The notes under the pieces were generated by a model. It searched no databases, had not been told where the DNA came from, and saw only the letters and a program-made list of their open reading frames with translations. A DNA stretch of 64,000 bases, taken from the NCBI GenBank assembly GCA_963977015.1, contig CAXBMO010000024.1, positions 31,551 to 95,550 of the forward strand, in the 5' to 3' direction. Shown here piece after piece: positions 1-10,513 of this stretch (position 1 is the first letter of the stretch; every line of letters begins with the position of its first letter). This stretch comes from an uncultured bacterium. Lineage in GTDB: Bacteria > Verrucomicrobiota > Verrucomicrobiia > Verrucomicrobiales > DEV007. The translations under genes and the position numbers were made by a program.

Positions 1-176
1 GCGACCGACCACTGCGCAAATGGATGATGAATGATGTTGGAGGGTTGGGCCAATTCCTCCTCAGCCTGATGAATCGTCATTTCGAGCCGGTGAGAAAATT
101 CCAAGCTCGGTTGCGAAGGGCGGAGCTGCGATAGTCGCTCTTCGAGTTGTTCTAAGCTGATTTCAGACTGTTTCAT
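1..176 (-). CDS. Partial hypothetical protein (N-terminus only; runs off the window start)
   Basis: ATG at 176 opens a frame MKQSEISLEQLEERLSQLRPSQPSLEFSHRLE... that stays open to position 1. It is absent from the ORF track because it is truncated. Confidence 0.6.
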   Translation of the reverse strand, partial: MKQSEISLEQLEERLSQLRPSQPSLEFSHRLEMTIHQAEEELAQPSNIIHHPFAQWSV

Positions 177-374
177 ACTTGTTGTCGTGTCTGAAGCGAA
201 GATGCCCGGATCATTTGTCTAAATAACTGCAAAAAAAATACAACCACCTTCGCCCACCCCTCCCAGCCGGAGACAACGGCACGGAAAACTTCTCCCACCG
301 CAATTCCGTTCCGCAAGCTCCGTAAGGATTCCCGGTTGACCGCACCAAATCCAGATTCGACATAACGCCATCTC

Positions 375-1613
375 ATGGAATTCAACGCCTACTTTTTCAT
401 CATCCTGCTTACCGTCGTCGGTCTCTACAAACTCGACTTGTTCTCGGAGATCCTCAACATGAAGGCGCTGCGTTCCGAACCGCCGGAGGACTTCAAAGAC
501 GTCTATGACGCGGACAAATATGCCGAAAGCCAGGAATACACGAAGGTGAAGACCTACTTCGGAATCATCGAATCCACTTTTTCCCTCGTTGTCTTCCTCC
601 TTTTCTGGCTCCTGGGAGGGTTCGCCTGGCTCGATGGCATCGTGCGCGGGTATGTCGAGGCTCCGGTTTTGCGAGGTCTCCTCTACGTTTGCCTGCTTTA
701 CCTCGGCAACATGATCCTCAGTCTCCCGTTTGAGATTCACAACACCTTCAAAATCGAGGAACGGTTTGGCTTCAACAAAACCACCCCCAAAACCTTCGTC
801 ATCGATCACCTCAAAGGGCTCGCGCTCGGCGCGATTCTTGGCCTGCCCATTCTCGCTCTCATCCTTTGGCTCTTTGGAAAATGGGACCTCGCCTGGCTTT
901 ACGCCTTCATCCTCGTCACTGTATTTTCGCTCGTGCTCAGCTACGTGGCTCCAACCTGGATCATGCCGCTCTTCAACAAGTTCGAGCCACTCGAAGATGG
1001 CGAACTGAAGGATGAGATCCACAAAATGGCCGCGAAATGCGACTTTCCACTCACCGAGGTTTCCATCATGGACGGCAGCAAACGTTCCGCCAAATCGAAC
1101 GCATTCTTTACCGGTTTCGGGAAAAACAAGAAAATCGCGCTGTTCGACACACTGGTCGAAAAACACAGCGTCGCGGAACTCGTTGCCGTTCTCGCTCACG
1201 AAATCGGCCACTACAAGCGAAAGCACATCGTGCAAAGCATGGTTCTGGGCATCCTTCAAACCGGCATCACGTTTTACCTGTTAAGCCTTTTCCTGAACAA
1301 CGAAGGTCTGTTCGCGGCGTTTGGCGTCCCCGAAACCTCCGTCTATCTCAGCCTCATCTTCTTCGGCCTTCTCTACACGCCGATCAGCAAGATCATCTCC
1401 ATCTTTATGACGATGCTGAGCCGGAAAAACGAGTTCGAGGCCGACGCCTACGCCGCCGAGGTCACTGGTGAACCGGAGACGATGATCACCGCATTGAAGA
1501 AGTTGAGCAAAGACAACCTTAGCAACCTCACCCCCCACCCTTTCTACGTCTTCCTCAACTACTCGCACCCTCCCGTGCCGGAGCGAATCGCAGCCTTGCG
1601 CAGCGGAACCTGA
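375..1613 (+). CDS. M48 family (Ste24/CAAX-type) membrane zinc metalloprotease
   Basis: Multiple TM segments, HEIGH zinc motif, NAFFTG, EFEAD and the C-terminal SHPP motif. Confidence 0.93.
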   Translation: MEFNAYFFIILLTVVGLYKLDLFSEILNMKALRSEPPEDFKDVYDADKYAESQEYTKVKTYFGIIESTFSLVVFLLFWLLGGFAWLDGIVRGYVEAPVLRGLLYVCLLYLGNMILSLPFEIHNTFKIEERFGFNKTTPKTFVIDHLKGLALGAILGLPILALILWLFGKWDLAWLYAFILVTVFSLVLSYVAPTWIMPLFNKFEPLEDGELKDEIHKMAAKCDFPLTEVSIMDGSKRSAKSNAFFTGFGKNKKIALFDTLVEKHSVAELVAVLAHEIGHYKRKHIVQSMVLGILQTGITFYLLSLFLNNEGLFAAFGVPETSVYLSLIFFGLLYTPISKIISIFMTMLSRKNEFEADAYAAEVTGEPETMITALKKLSKDNLSNLTPHPFYVFLNYSHPPVPERIAALRSGT

Positions 1614-1624
1614 TCTTCTATCAT
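1596..1624 (+). promoter_or_regulatory. Putative sigma70 promoter for a leaderless Uma2 transcript
   Basis: TTGCGC (1596-1601), 17 nt spacer, TATCAT (1619-1624), then 6 nt to the ATG at 1631. No Shine-Dalgarno. Confidence 0.5.
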
Positions 1625-1630
1625 CTCCCC

Positions 1631-2203
1631 ATGCTCGAAATTTTGGCCATTCCCGACGTTCGCGAACGAATCGCGCCGATCACGATCGAGCGCTATCACC
1701 GCATGATCGACCTCGGCGTGTTTGCGGATTGGAATGTGGAGTTGTTAAACGGAGTCCTCGTCGAGAAAATGTCCAAGTCCGCCCTGCACATGTTTGTCAT
1801 TGATTGTCTGTTGGAATTGCTCCAGCAACATTGTCCGAAATCGGACTACCTGGTTCGCCAGGAAGGAGCCATCACGATCGGCGATTCCGAACCGGAGCCA
1901 GATGTTTCCGCCGTGTTGGGTGCACGTAGCCAATTCAAAAATACCAAGCCCAACACTGCCCAATTTGTGGCCGAAGTGGCGATCAGTTCCCTGGCCATTG
2001 ATCGCGCCAAAGCTCCCACCTACGCCCAAGCCGGAATCCCGGAATACTGGATCGTCCAGCCGGAAACCCGCGCTACCGAAGTCTACCGCAACCCGGCCAA
2101 CGGCGAATACACCGAAAAAACCGAAGTCCCCGCCGAAACCACGCTCGAATCCAGCGCGCTACCCGGTTTCACCTTCAATCTGGCTGAAACGTTGGCGGAA
2201 TAG
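1631..2203 (+). CDS. Uma2/DUF820 family putative endonuclease
   Basis: VELLNG, EPEPDV, VAEVA.SSL..DR.K...YA.AGIPEYWIV signature. Confidence 0.9.
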   Translation: MLEILAIPDVRERIAPITIERYHRMIDLGVFADWNVELLNGVLVEKMSKSALHMFVIDCLLELLQQHCPKSDYLVRQEGAITIGDSEPEPDVSAVLGARSQFKNTKPNTAQFVAEVAISSLAIDRAKAPTYAQAGIPEYWIVQPETRATEVYRNPANGEYTEKTEVPAETTLESSALPGFTFNLAETLAE

Positions 2204-2265
2204 CCACTTGTGATGGGCCTCGTCTATCGGCGAGTTTGCCAGCCAATCCAACTCCCTTAAATTCT

Positions 2266-3657
2266 CTAATCCGCCCGCCGAAAATCGTAGCAACGCAACC
2301 TCGGCGAACTGCCCGTCTTCATCTCCCGCTGATTCTGGCAAACGTAGAGGAGTCCCTTGCTGATCGCGGGGAGGGTCCAGCTTTGCTGAGCACTGAAGAG
2401 CTCGACACGGTGGTTTTCGGTGACGCCATCCGGAGTGAGTTCAAGCGTGGAAAACGTTCCCAATTCGCCAAGCGCGTAAACCCGGCCGTCAGCCCGAAGC
2501 AAACTGCCGCGAAAGTAACTCCATCCAAAGGTGCGACCGTCGATCTCCGTCTTCCAAAACATTTCTTCCCGCCATTTCCGTTCGCCCGTCGCCGCGTCCC
2601 AGCAGTCCAATCCCGCATCGGGTTCGTTCCGTCCCGTGAAAGCGTAAAGATGACCGTCCATGAACAGGGGTTGGCTCCAATGACACTTCAGTTCTTCAGC
2701 CGTCCAAACCTTGGATAGCGTGAAGTCTTCGCCAACCTGAAGCAGGCAGCCTCCTATTTCATACGTCTCTGTGATGAGGACGCGGTTGCCGGGAATGATC
2801 AAAGGAGTGGAGGCATTGACCGATTCGTACTTTTCCGCCCGCCACGGGAAACTGTCGTGGAGTTCGCCGGTTTTGGGATCAATCAGCAGCAACCCTCCGG
2901 TGGAGGGGCGACTCTCCCCACCGCAGTAGACGAGCAGCTTCTCCTGGCCATGAAACGTCGCCAAAATGGGAGACGCATAGCTGGATCCCCAAGCGTGAGG
3001 GGTCTCCCAAACCGTTTCGCCAGTTTTGGCATCAAAGGCGGCCACGCCGATGCCTTTGCTGCCGCCAAGATTCATGAACACCTTGCCGTCGGAGACGAGC
3101 GGATTGGGACCATGCCCGAAAAAATACTGCGGAATGCCATAGTCGGTCGCCAAATCACGAACCCAGACCTGTTCCCCGCTTTCCAGATTCAGGCAACGCA
3201 TCCAACTATTGGGCGCGAGGGTGTAAATATGCCCATCTGCAATTACCGCGCTGGCTCGTGGCCCGTTCGAATAGCCGAAACGGTCGCGATAGCGATTGGG
3301 CTCCTCAAAACTCCAATACCGTTTGCCGGTCTCAGGATGAAGGCACTCAATGATGTCAACATCCTTGAGATTGTGATAGAGCACGAGACGCTCGCCAACA
3401 ATCACCGGGCAGGCATAGCCTTCGCCTTTTTCGACTTCCCAGACGAGCGTCGGCCCCGATTCCGGCCATTCGGACAGAAGGTGGGTTTCCCCGCTGGTCG
3501 CGTCGTCGTTGAGACCGAGAAAGCGCGGCCAATCCTCAGTCTTGGCCTCTTTGGAAAGCGGTTTGGCCGCCGTGTGAAACGTAAGCCGATCAAAGTCGTC
3601 CTGTGCCGAAGCCAGGGCGACCGATAGACCAATCAGCAAAATGCTGAAGCGTTTCAC
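2266..3657 (-). CDS. Secreted PQQ-like beta-propeller repeat protein (BamB-like)
   Basis: Signal peptide, DWPRFLG, and repeated A.D..TG...W units. The GTG start at 3657 overlaps the upstream stop (GTGA). Confidence 0.85.
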   Translation of the reverse strand: MKRFSILLIGLSVALASAQDDFDRLTFHTAAKPLSKEAKTEDWPRFLGLNDDATSGETHLLSEWPESGPTLVWEVEKGEGYACPVIVGERLVLYHNLKDVDIIECLHPETGKRYWSFEEPNRYRDRFGYSNGPRASAVIADGHIYTLAPNSWMRCLNLESGEQVWVRDLATDYGIPQYFFGHGPNPLVSDGKVFMNLGGSKGIGVAAFDAKTGETVWETPHAWGSSYASPILATFHGQEKLLVYCGGESRPSTGGLLLIDPKTGELHDSFPWRAEKYESVNASTPLIIPGNRVLITETYEIGGCLLQVGEDFTLSKVWTAEELKCHWSQPLFMDGHLYAFTGRNEPDAGLDCWDAATGERKWREEMFWKTEIDGRTFGWSYFRGSLLRADGRVYALGELGTFSTLELTPDGVTENHRVELFSAQQSWTLPAISKGLLYVCQNQREMKTGSSPRLRCYDFRRAD

Positions 3658-4154
3658 GCGTCGAGAACCTTGTTCCACTTCGCCAACTGATCCGCTTGAT
3701 CTGCGAAAAGTGCCTCGGTGGAATCCGCAATCTTGATGGCTTTGATTTTGTCACCCTTCTCAATCGCGTCGACCACGTCTTGTCCTTCATCCACTTTCCC
3801 AAACACGGTGTGTTTTCCGTTCAACCAATCGGTGGCGACGTGGGTGATGAAAAACTGGCTTCCGTTGGTTCCCGGACCTGCGTTTGCCATGGAAAACACT
3901 CCAGGACCATCGTGCTTGAGACCGGTATTGACTTCATCGCCAAATTTGTAGCCGGGGCCGCCGGAGCCGGTTCCGGTTGGATCGCCGCCTTGGACCATGA
4001 AATCAGGAATCACGCGATGAAACGTGAGCCCGTCGTAGTAACCACGGGTTGCCAGGTTCAGAAAATTCGCGCAGGTCATCGGAGCTTTATCGGCATAAAG
4101 CGTGGCTTTGATGTCACCTTTGGAGGTTTCGAGGGTAATACGGATATCGCTCAC
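3654..4154 (-). CDS. Cyclophilin-type peptidyl-prolyl cis-trans isomerase (cytoplasmic)
   Basis: [37 protein letters not shown]. Start reassigned to GTG at 4154. Confidence 0.93.
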   Translation of the reverse strand: MSDIRITLETSKGDIKATLYADKAPMTCANFLNLATRGYYDGLTFHRVIPDFMVQGGDPTGTGSGGPGYKFGDEVNTGLKHDGPGVFSMANAGPGTNGSQFFITHVATDWLNGKHTVFGKVDEGQDVVDAIEKGDKIKAIKIADSTEALFADQADQLAKWNKVLDA

Positions 4155-4191
4155 AGGAGTAGGTAGTTTTGTAGTTGAAATTTGAGACTGG

Positions 4192-4809
4192 TTATTCAGC
4201 AGAAACGCGTTTCGCCGACGTGATGACGACGTCTTCGCTGGGCACGTCGCGGAAAGGACGCTCGGAAAGAGATCCATCCATGCCGCGTGCCGAAATGACT
4301 TTCTGGCCCGTGGAAACCGCGCCGATTGCTTCCACAACGTCGATTCCCTCGACCACCTTTCCAAACACCGCGTATCCCCAACCATCCTGACCTGGATAAT
4401 CCAAAAATCCGTTTTCCTTCAGATTGATGAAAAATTGGGCCGAAGCGCTATGCGGATCACCGGTCCGTGCCATCGCCAGTGTTCCAAACTTATTCTTAAG
4501 GCCGTTCTTCGCCTCATTCTGAATCGGATCACGCACCTCTTTCTGATAAATCTTTCCACCTTCGGCCAACGCAAAACCGCCCGTCTGAATCATGAAGTCC
4601 TCAATCACCCGATGAAAAACGATGCCATTGTAGTGCCCGTCATCGACATACTTCAGGAAATTCGCGACCGTCTTCGGCGCTTTCTCATCATTCAACTCTA
4701 CGACAATTTTTCCTTTGGTCGTATCGAACTCAACTTTAGGACCGGCGACCGCGCTGCTGATAGCAAAGAGTCCAAGGACCGAGGCGATGAACGCTTTCGA
4801 AAGTTTCAT
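4192..4809 (-). CDS. Cyclophilin-type PPIase with signal peptide (PpiA-like)
   Basis: N-terminal signal peptide, [38 protein letters not shown]. Confidence 0.92.
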   Translation of the reverse strand: MKLSKAFIASVLGLFAISSAVAGPKVEFDTTKGKIVVELNDEKAPKTVANFLKYVDDGHYNGIVFHRVIEDFMIQTGGFALAEGGKIYQKEVRDPIQNEAKNGLKNKFGTLAMARTGDPHSASAQFFINLKENGFLDYPGQDGWGYAVFGKVVEGIDVVEAIGAVSTGQKVISARGMDGSLSERPFRDVPSEDVVITSAKRVSAE

Positions 4810-4881
4810 GTAACAATTTATGGGTGTTTTGGTAGACTACAGGGATTGGCACCGTAGATAGACTTCGACCTCACGCAAGGG

Positions 4882-5568
4882 ATGATTATTCTGATTACGA
4901 ACGATGACGGGATTGACGCAGACGGGCTCAACGCGCTGAAGAATGCGGCCTCAGGTCTCGGTGAAATTTTTACGGTGGCCCCCGCCGGAGCCATGTCGCA
5001 AGTCGGTCACCGGGTCACGACAGACCAGCCGATTCCAGTCGAAGAACGCGGCGAACGAGCCTGGGCGGTGGACGGTACACCGGCGGATTGCGTGCGGGTC
5101 GCCATCACCAAGCTTCTCCCCAAGAGACCGGATTGGGTTCTCAGCGGAATCAATCACGGCGGCAATATGGGCCATGATATCTACATTTCCGGCACTGTCG
5201 CCGCCGTTCGCGAAGCGGCCTACCACGGACTCCAGGGCATCGCGGTTTCCCACTACATCCGAAACGGCGTTCCCTTGAATTGGGACGTCTCCAGTCGGCG
5301 CGCCGCGGCCGTCATTGAAACGCTGGTGAGCAACCCGCTCGATCCGGGAGAGCACTGGAATGTCAATCTGCCCCACATTTACGAGCACGATCCGGAACCT
5401 GAATCCCAGCACACGGAACCGGATCCAGCCCCGTTGCCCGTCGATTTTGACGACTCCGCCGAAGGGCTTCGCTACAAGGGCGTTTACGGCGATCGGCTAC
5501 GAGCGCCGGGCTCGGATGTCGCCGTTTGTTTTGGCGGACAAATCAGCGTTTCAAAATTGAAAATCTGA
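4882..5568 (+). CDS. surE: 5'/3'-nucleotidase SurE
   Basis: ILITNDDGI, GTPADCV, SGIN.G.N, SGTVAA motifs. Confidence 0.93.
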   Translation: MIILITNDDGIDADGLNALKNAASGLGEIFTVAPAGAMSQVGHRVTTDQPIPVEERGERAWAVDGTPADCVRVAITKLLPKRPDWVLSGINHGGNMGHDIYISGTVAAVREAAYHGLQGIAVSHYIRNGVPLNWDVSSRRAAAVIETLVSNPLDPGEHWNVNLPHIYEHDPEPESQHTEPDPAPLPVDFDDSAEGLRYKGVYGDRLRAPGSDVAVCFGGQISVSKLKI

Positions 5569-5751
5569 AACGTCAGGGCGCCGGTTTACTCTCCGCGATC
5601 CACTTCTTTTACGATCTGTTCCATCACGGCCGGGTACTCGGCAAACGCGGTCTTCCCACATCCGTCAACGAACACTTGATCGTCGCTCGTCCGACAAACT
5701 GCGGCACTTATTTCGAACGGCAAATGGGTCCCCGAAAATGCCTAACGCTCC

Positions 5752-6672
5752 TTACTCCGTAGCGGAGGCTGCACTCACCGGCGTCAAGTCCTCCGGAGAA
5801 GCAATGGGCTTCGCTTGGGGAGCTGCTTGAGCGGTTTGTCCCTGATTTCCCAGTTGGATCAATTGGGAGACGGTCACGAACTTGAAGCCTTTTGCGAGCA
5901 ATCGATCGAAGGTCGAAGGCATCGCGTCAATCGTGGATTTGTGAATGTCGTGCGCCAGTAAAATTCCGCCATTGCGAGCTCCGGCGACCAATCGATCTGC
6001 GACGACAGAAACTCCCGGCTTTTTCCAGTCGAGCGGATCGACATTCCACAAAATGGTCGGGTACCCATACTCTGATTTCATGAACGACTTCAGACTGGAG
6101 GAAACGGCCCCGTACGGCGGACGATACGACTTTGGCTGCACCCCTGTTGCGGCAACAATCGCATCGCGCGTTCTTTCCATTTCACTGCGAATCCCCGCCT
6201 GCGAAAGCTTGGTGAGGTCCGCATGGGTCCACGTATGATTCGCAACCTCGTGACCTTCCGCAATCATCCGCTTCAAGATGGACGGGTAACTCCTCGCATT
6301 TGGCCCGACGACATAGAAGGTCGCTTTGATGTTGCGTTGCTTCATCATGTCCAACAAGCGCGGCGTGTTGCTCGGGTGCGGTCCGTCGTCAAACGTCATC
6401 GCAATGTAGGGCTGACTGATTTTGACGGAAGAGTAGGTCGTTCCGGCCACTTTCATGTTTGCCGGAGGAATGCTCGGAGCTTGGTTCCATCCAGGTTTCG
6501 TCGCCTGTTTTTCCTGCGCATTGGTGTAGTTTTCCCGCCATTTTTCGTTTGAGGCGAATTCAGGCTTGTCGTCCTTCTCCAATTTCTTGGATTGGAGCGA
6601 TTGGCAACTGGTGAAGGAAGACGCAGCGCCGAGGGCAAGAAGAACGATGGTCAAATGACGAATGAGAAACAT
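5752..6672 (-). CDS. Polysaccharide deacetylase (CE4/NodB) lipoprotein
   Basis: TFDDGP, NHTWTH, RPPYG, DPLDW, LAHD motifs. Lipobox-like FTSC follows a hydrophobic leader starting at ATG 6672. Confidence 0.9.
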   Translation of the reverse strand: MFLIRHLTIVLLALGAASSFTSCQSLQSKKLEKDDKPEFASNEKWRENYTNAQEKQATKPGWNQAPSIPPANMKVAGTTYSSVKISQPYIAMTFDDGPHPSNTPRLLDMMKQRNIKATFYVVGPNARSYPSILKRMIAEGHEVANHTWTHADLTKLSQAGIRSEMERTRDAIVAATGVQPKSYRPPYGAVSSSLKSFMKSEYGYPTILWNVDPLDWKKPGVSVVADRLVAGARNGGILLAHDIHKSTIDAMPSTFDRLLAKGFKFVTVSQLIQLGNQGQTAQAAPQAKPIASPEDLTPVSAASATE

Positions 6673-6776
6673 GGCAGGATGGGTGGGCGCAATTTTAGAC
6701 GTGAATTCGAGAATTGACCATGAAAAGTTCTCGATCGGGGTGTCTTTGTGAGACCGACTTCTTAATAGCTTGGAAA

Positions 6777-7640
6777 TTACAGAAATCTGGACAACACCGG
6801 GCGCAATTTTTCCACGGTTTCCGGCGGCCAAAGGCTCTTGTCCGTGATGATTGCCGTATCCAATGCCTGATGCTCCGGCCAGGTTGGCTCGGTTGGGATT
6901 CGCGGAATCGCGGCTGCGAGAATCTTCTTCGCATTCTCCGCGTTGGCCATGAGGTGGCCGATGACCATTTCCACGTTCACATCTTCCTCATCCTGCTTCC
7001 AGCAGTCGTAATCCGTAATCATGGCCAACGTCGAAAGCGCGATCTCCGCTTCCCGAGCCAATTTCGCTTCGGGAACATTGGTCATGCCGATGACGTCGAA
7101 TCCCAATTGCCGGTTGGCGTTGGACTCTGCCCGGGTCGAGAAAGCCGGTCCATCCATGTTCACGTAAGTCGCCCCGTTGTGGACTGGAAGCCCCATTTCC
7201 GAGACCGTTTCGTGAAGGATGCCGCGAAGATCAGAGCTGATCGGCTCGGCAAAACTAATGTGCCCCACAATCCCGCTGCCAAAAAACGTGTGATTCTCCC
7301 GGCGGCTGGTCCGATCGAAAAACTGGTCTGGCAGAACGATATCTCTCGGCTTGTACTGCTCTTGAAGGCTGCCAACGGCGGTCACGGATATGATCCAGCG
7401 CACATTCAGCGAACGCATCGCCCAAATGTTGGCCTGGTGGTTCAGTTCCGTCGGTAAAATGCGATGCCCCTTTCCATGCCGTGGCAAAAAATACACCTGA
7501 CGTCCTCCCAAGGTGCCGGAAACCAAGGCCTCGGACGGCGCCCCAAACGGCGTATCCACCTGGATCTCCTCTGCATTCTCCAGTCCCTCGATCTGGTAAA
7601 GACCGCTTCCGCCGATAATTCCGATAGCCGGTGAACTCAT
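6777..7640 (-). CDS. mtnP: S-methyl-5'-thioadenosine phosphorylase
   Basis: IGIIGGSGLY, LPRHG..H, GPAFSTRAES, GMT..PEAKLAREAE, TDYDCW. Confidence 0.93.
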   Translation of the reverse strand: MSSPAIGIIGGSGLYQIEGLENAEEIQVDTPFGAPSEALVSGTLGGRQVYFLPRHGKGHRILPTELNHQANIWAMRSLNVRWIISVTAVGSLQEQYKPRDIVLPDQFFDRTSRRENHTFFGSGIVGHISFAEPISSDLRGILHETVSEMGLPVHNGATYVNMDGPAFSTRAESNANRQLGFDVIGMTNVPEAKLAREAEIALSTLAMITDYDCWKQDEEDVNVEMVIGHLMANAENAKKILAAAIPRIPTEPTWPEHQALDTAIITDKSLWPPETVEKLRPVLSRFL

Positions 7641-7682
7641 GAGGCGACTTCAGGGCAGAAACCCGATTGCTCAAGAAAAATC

Positions 7683-8228
7683 TCAGCTGGCCACACGCTC
7701 GATGCCGACGAGAAAGGGAGCCGCCTTGCGCGAATTCAGCGGATCGTAGCGCATCGCTCGAAACTTCGCAGAATCGAGGTTCTCGCAAAATCTCAGGATC
7801 GATTCCGATTCCTCCAGACCGCCGAGGTGACCAACATAAACCACCAAGGTAACGATCCCTCCGGCAGAGAGGCTCTCCAAGGCGCCTTTCAATGCCGGAA
7901 TCGTCGTTTCCGCTTTGGTGATCTGCGTTTTGTCGCTGCCCGGCAAATAGCCCAGGTTGAACATGACCGCCTTGATCGCGGTAGTTCCCACATGGGCCGA
8001 CAGGTTTTCATGCCCGTCAAGAATCAGCCGGGTTTGCTCAAGACAACCGGAATCGCTCAGTCGCTTCTTCGCGACCTCAAGCGCTTTGCTCTGAACATCA
8101 AACGCGAAGACCAGACCGCTGTCGCCGACCAAGCCAGCAAGAAACGCCGTGTCGTGGCCGTTGCCGACCGTCCCATCAATAACCGAGTCGCCCGAGATGA
8201 CTCTCGCGGCGACCCATTGATGAGCCAA
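7683..8228 (-). CDS. Class I SAM-dependent methyltransferase (YtqB/MnmM-like)
   Basis: IDGTVGNGHDT, FAFDVQ, FNLGYLPG, Y.GH.GG.EE. The true start may be a few codons upstream. Confidence 0.82.
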   Translation of the reverse strand: MAHQWVAARVISGDSVIDGTVGNGHDTAFLAGLVGDSGLVFAFDVQSKALEVAKKRLSDSGCLEQTRLILDGHENLSAHVGTTAIKAVMFNLGYLPGSDKTQITKAETTIPALKGALESLSAGGIVTLVVYVGHLGGLEESESILRFCENLDSAKFRAMRYDPLNSRKAAPFLVGIERVAS

Positions 8229-8266
8229 CTCCGTTGCTCGCGGGAAGCTCAGTTTGGCGCCCCGGC

Positions 8267-10357
8267 TTACTTCTTCTTGGCCTCTTCGCGTTCCTTGGCT
8301 TCGGCGATCACCTTCTCAGTGATGTTGCGAGGACATGGCGCGTAGTGAGAGAACTCCATCGAGAACTGACCCCGGCCGGATGTCATGGTGCGAAGGTCAC
8401 CAATGTAACCAAACATTTCACCAAGTGGAGCATCCGCTTTCACCCGAATTCCGGTTGGCACCGTCATCTGCTCTTTGATGAGACCGCGACGACGGTTCAA
8501 ATCGCCAATCACGTCACCAACGTGATCTTCCGGCGTAAAGACGTCGAGCTTCATGATCGGCTCAAGCAGTTGCGCACCGGCTTTGGGAACCGTCTGGCGA
8601 TAGGCAGCCTTGGCCGCGAGTTCGAACGCAATCGCTGAGGAGTCAACGGCGTGGTTGCCACCGTCCGTAAGCGTCACCTTGAGGTCGATCATCGGATAAC
8701 CGGCGAGCACCCCTTTTTCGGTCGACATCCGGAAGCCCTTCTCAACCGCAGGCCAGAATTCGCGGGGAACGTTTCCACCGACAACCTTCGATTCGAAGGC
8801 ATAACCTTCGCCGGGTTCATTGGGCTCAATCACGTAGTCAATCTTCGCATATTGCCCCGAACCACCAGACTGCTTCTTGTGGGTGTAGGAATCTTCGGTC
8901 CGCTGCGTGATCGTTTCGCGATACGCAACTTGAGGTTCGCCAACTTCCACCTCCACTTTGTGGGTCCGCTTCAGAATATCGACTTTGATGTCGAGGTGCA
9001 GCTCACCCATTCCCTTGAGAATGGTTTCTCCACTATCCAGATCGGTTTCAACGCGGAAGGAAGGATCCTCCTGAACCATCTTTCCGATGGCGACACCAAG
9101 CTTCTCAGCGTTGGCTTTGTCTTTCGCGGCAACGGCCATGGAAATCACCGGATCCGGGAACACCATCGGCTCGAGAGTCGCCGGATTCTTCGGATCACAA
9201 AGGGTGTGTCCGGTTTGGATCGTCTTCAGTCCGACCAAAGCGACAATGTCACCGGCCTGGGCTCGATCCAGTTCGTTCCGGTCGTCAGCGTGCATTTCCA
9301 CAATCCGTCCAACCCGCTCGGTCTTGCCGGTAGCGGTGTTCAGGATGCTCGTGCCTTTCTCCAAAACCCCGGAGTAGATGCGGGTGAAGGTCAGCGCACC
9401 GTATTGGTCATCCATGATCTTGAACGCCAAGGCGCGAAGCGGAGCATCGGGATCCACGATCGCAACTTTTCCAGTTTCGTTACCTTCCATGTCCACCTCG
9501 GGCTGAGGCTTCACCTCAGTCGGGCAAGGGAGATAGTCGATCACGGCATCCAAAACGAGCTGAACACCTTTGTTTTTGAAGGACGATCCGCAATAGGTTG
9601 GGAAGAAGTCCAGAGCGATGGTTCCTTTGCGGATACAACGCTTGATGGTGTCGATATCGGGCTCTTCGCCGTCGAGATATTTCTCCATCACTTCGTCATC
9701 CTGCTCAACCGCCGTCTCAATCAGCATCTCGCGATACTGCTCCACCTTCTCCTTCATATCCTCGGGAACTTCCTCGATCGTGTAGTTCTCAGGATTCCCG
9801 GAATCATCCCAGATCCAGGCTTTGCGAGTCAAAAGATCGACCATTCCGATGAAATCGTTTTCGATTCCGATGGGAAGAACCATGACCACGGGCTTGGCCG
9901 CCAGAATGTTTTCGACCTGGTCGACGACGCGATAAAAATCAGCACCGATACGGTCCAACTTGTTCACGTAAATGATTCGAGCGACTTCGGAGTCGTTCGC
10001 GTAACGCCAGTTGGTCTCGGACTGGGGCTCAACACCGCCGGATCCACAAAAGACGCCAACGCCGCCATCGAGAACCTTCAACGAACGATACACCTCAATC
10101 GTGAAGTCGACGTGTCCGGGAGTGTCAATGATGTTGAAGCGATAGTCTTTCCAGAAACACGTGGTGGCAGCCGATTGAATCGTAATACCGCGCTCCTGTT
10201 CCTGCTCCATGAAGTCAGTCGTAGCCGCTCCGTCATGTACTTCCCCTAACTTGTGAATTTTACCGGTGAGCTTGAGGATTCGCTCGGTGGTAGTGGTCTT
10301 GCCCGCATCAACGTGGGCGAAGATGCCAATGTTGCGGTATTTGGAGAGATCTGTCAT
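8267..10357 (-). CDS. fusA: Elongation factor G (stand-alone copy, not in an str operon)
   Basis: [37 protein letters not shown]. Full length at 696 aa. Confidence 0.96.
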   Translation of the reverse strand: MTDLSKYRNIGIFAHVDAGKTTTTERILKLTGKIHKLGEVHDGAATTDFMEQEQERGITIQSAATTCFWKDYRFNIIDTPGHVDFTIEVYRSLKVLDGGVGVFCGSGGVEPQSETNWRYANDSEVARIIYVNKLDRIGADFYRVVDQVENILAAKPVVMVLPIGIENDFIGMVDLLTRKAWIWDDSGNPENYTIEEVPEDMKEKVEQYREMLIETAVEQDDEVMEKYLDGEEPDIDTIKRCIRKGTIALDFFPTYCGSSFKNKGVQLVLDAVIDYLPCPTEVKPQPEVDMEGNETGKVAIVDPDAPLRALAFKIMDDQYGALTFTRIYSGVLEKGTSILNTATGKTERVGRIVEMHADDRNELDRAQAGDIVALVGLKTIQTGHTLCDPKNPATLEPMVFPDPVISMAVAAKDKANAEKLGVAIGKMVQEDPSFRVETDLDSGETILKGMGELHLDIKVDILKRTHKVEVEVGEPQVAYRETITQRTEDSYTHKKQSGGSGQYAKIDYVIEPNEPGEGYAFESKVVGGNVPREFWPAVEKGFRMSTEKGVLAGYPMIDLKVTLTDGGNHAVDSSAIAFELAAKAAYRQTVPKAGAQLLEPIMKLDVFTPEDHVGDVIGDLNRRRGLIKEQMTVPTGIRVKADAPLGEMFGYIGDLRTMTSGRGQFSMEFSHYAPCPRNITEKVIAEAKEREEAKKK

Positions 10358-10513
10358 GACTAGAGATGGTTACAGGGAACTTTTGGTCCCGATTTTTCGG
10401 GCGGTATTTCTAGTTCAAATCCGTGATTTGGCAACTGGTTTGCGCAAACCGAATATTTGACGCCCTAAAATCGCGAGATTCCCGCGTGAATTCTATCAAT
10501 ATATTCAAGGGCT

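Noticed and set aside
3654-4809. Tandem cyclophilins as a novel system
   Set aside because: Adjacent periplasmic and cytoplasmic cyclophilin paralogs are common.
5586-5723. Possible 45-codon minus-strand ORF (LPFEISAAVCRTSDDQVFVDGCGKTAFAEYPAVMEQIVKEVDRGE) between surE and the deacetylase
   Set aside because: Short, TTG start, no recognisable family; cannot be told from chance.
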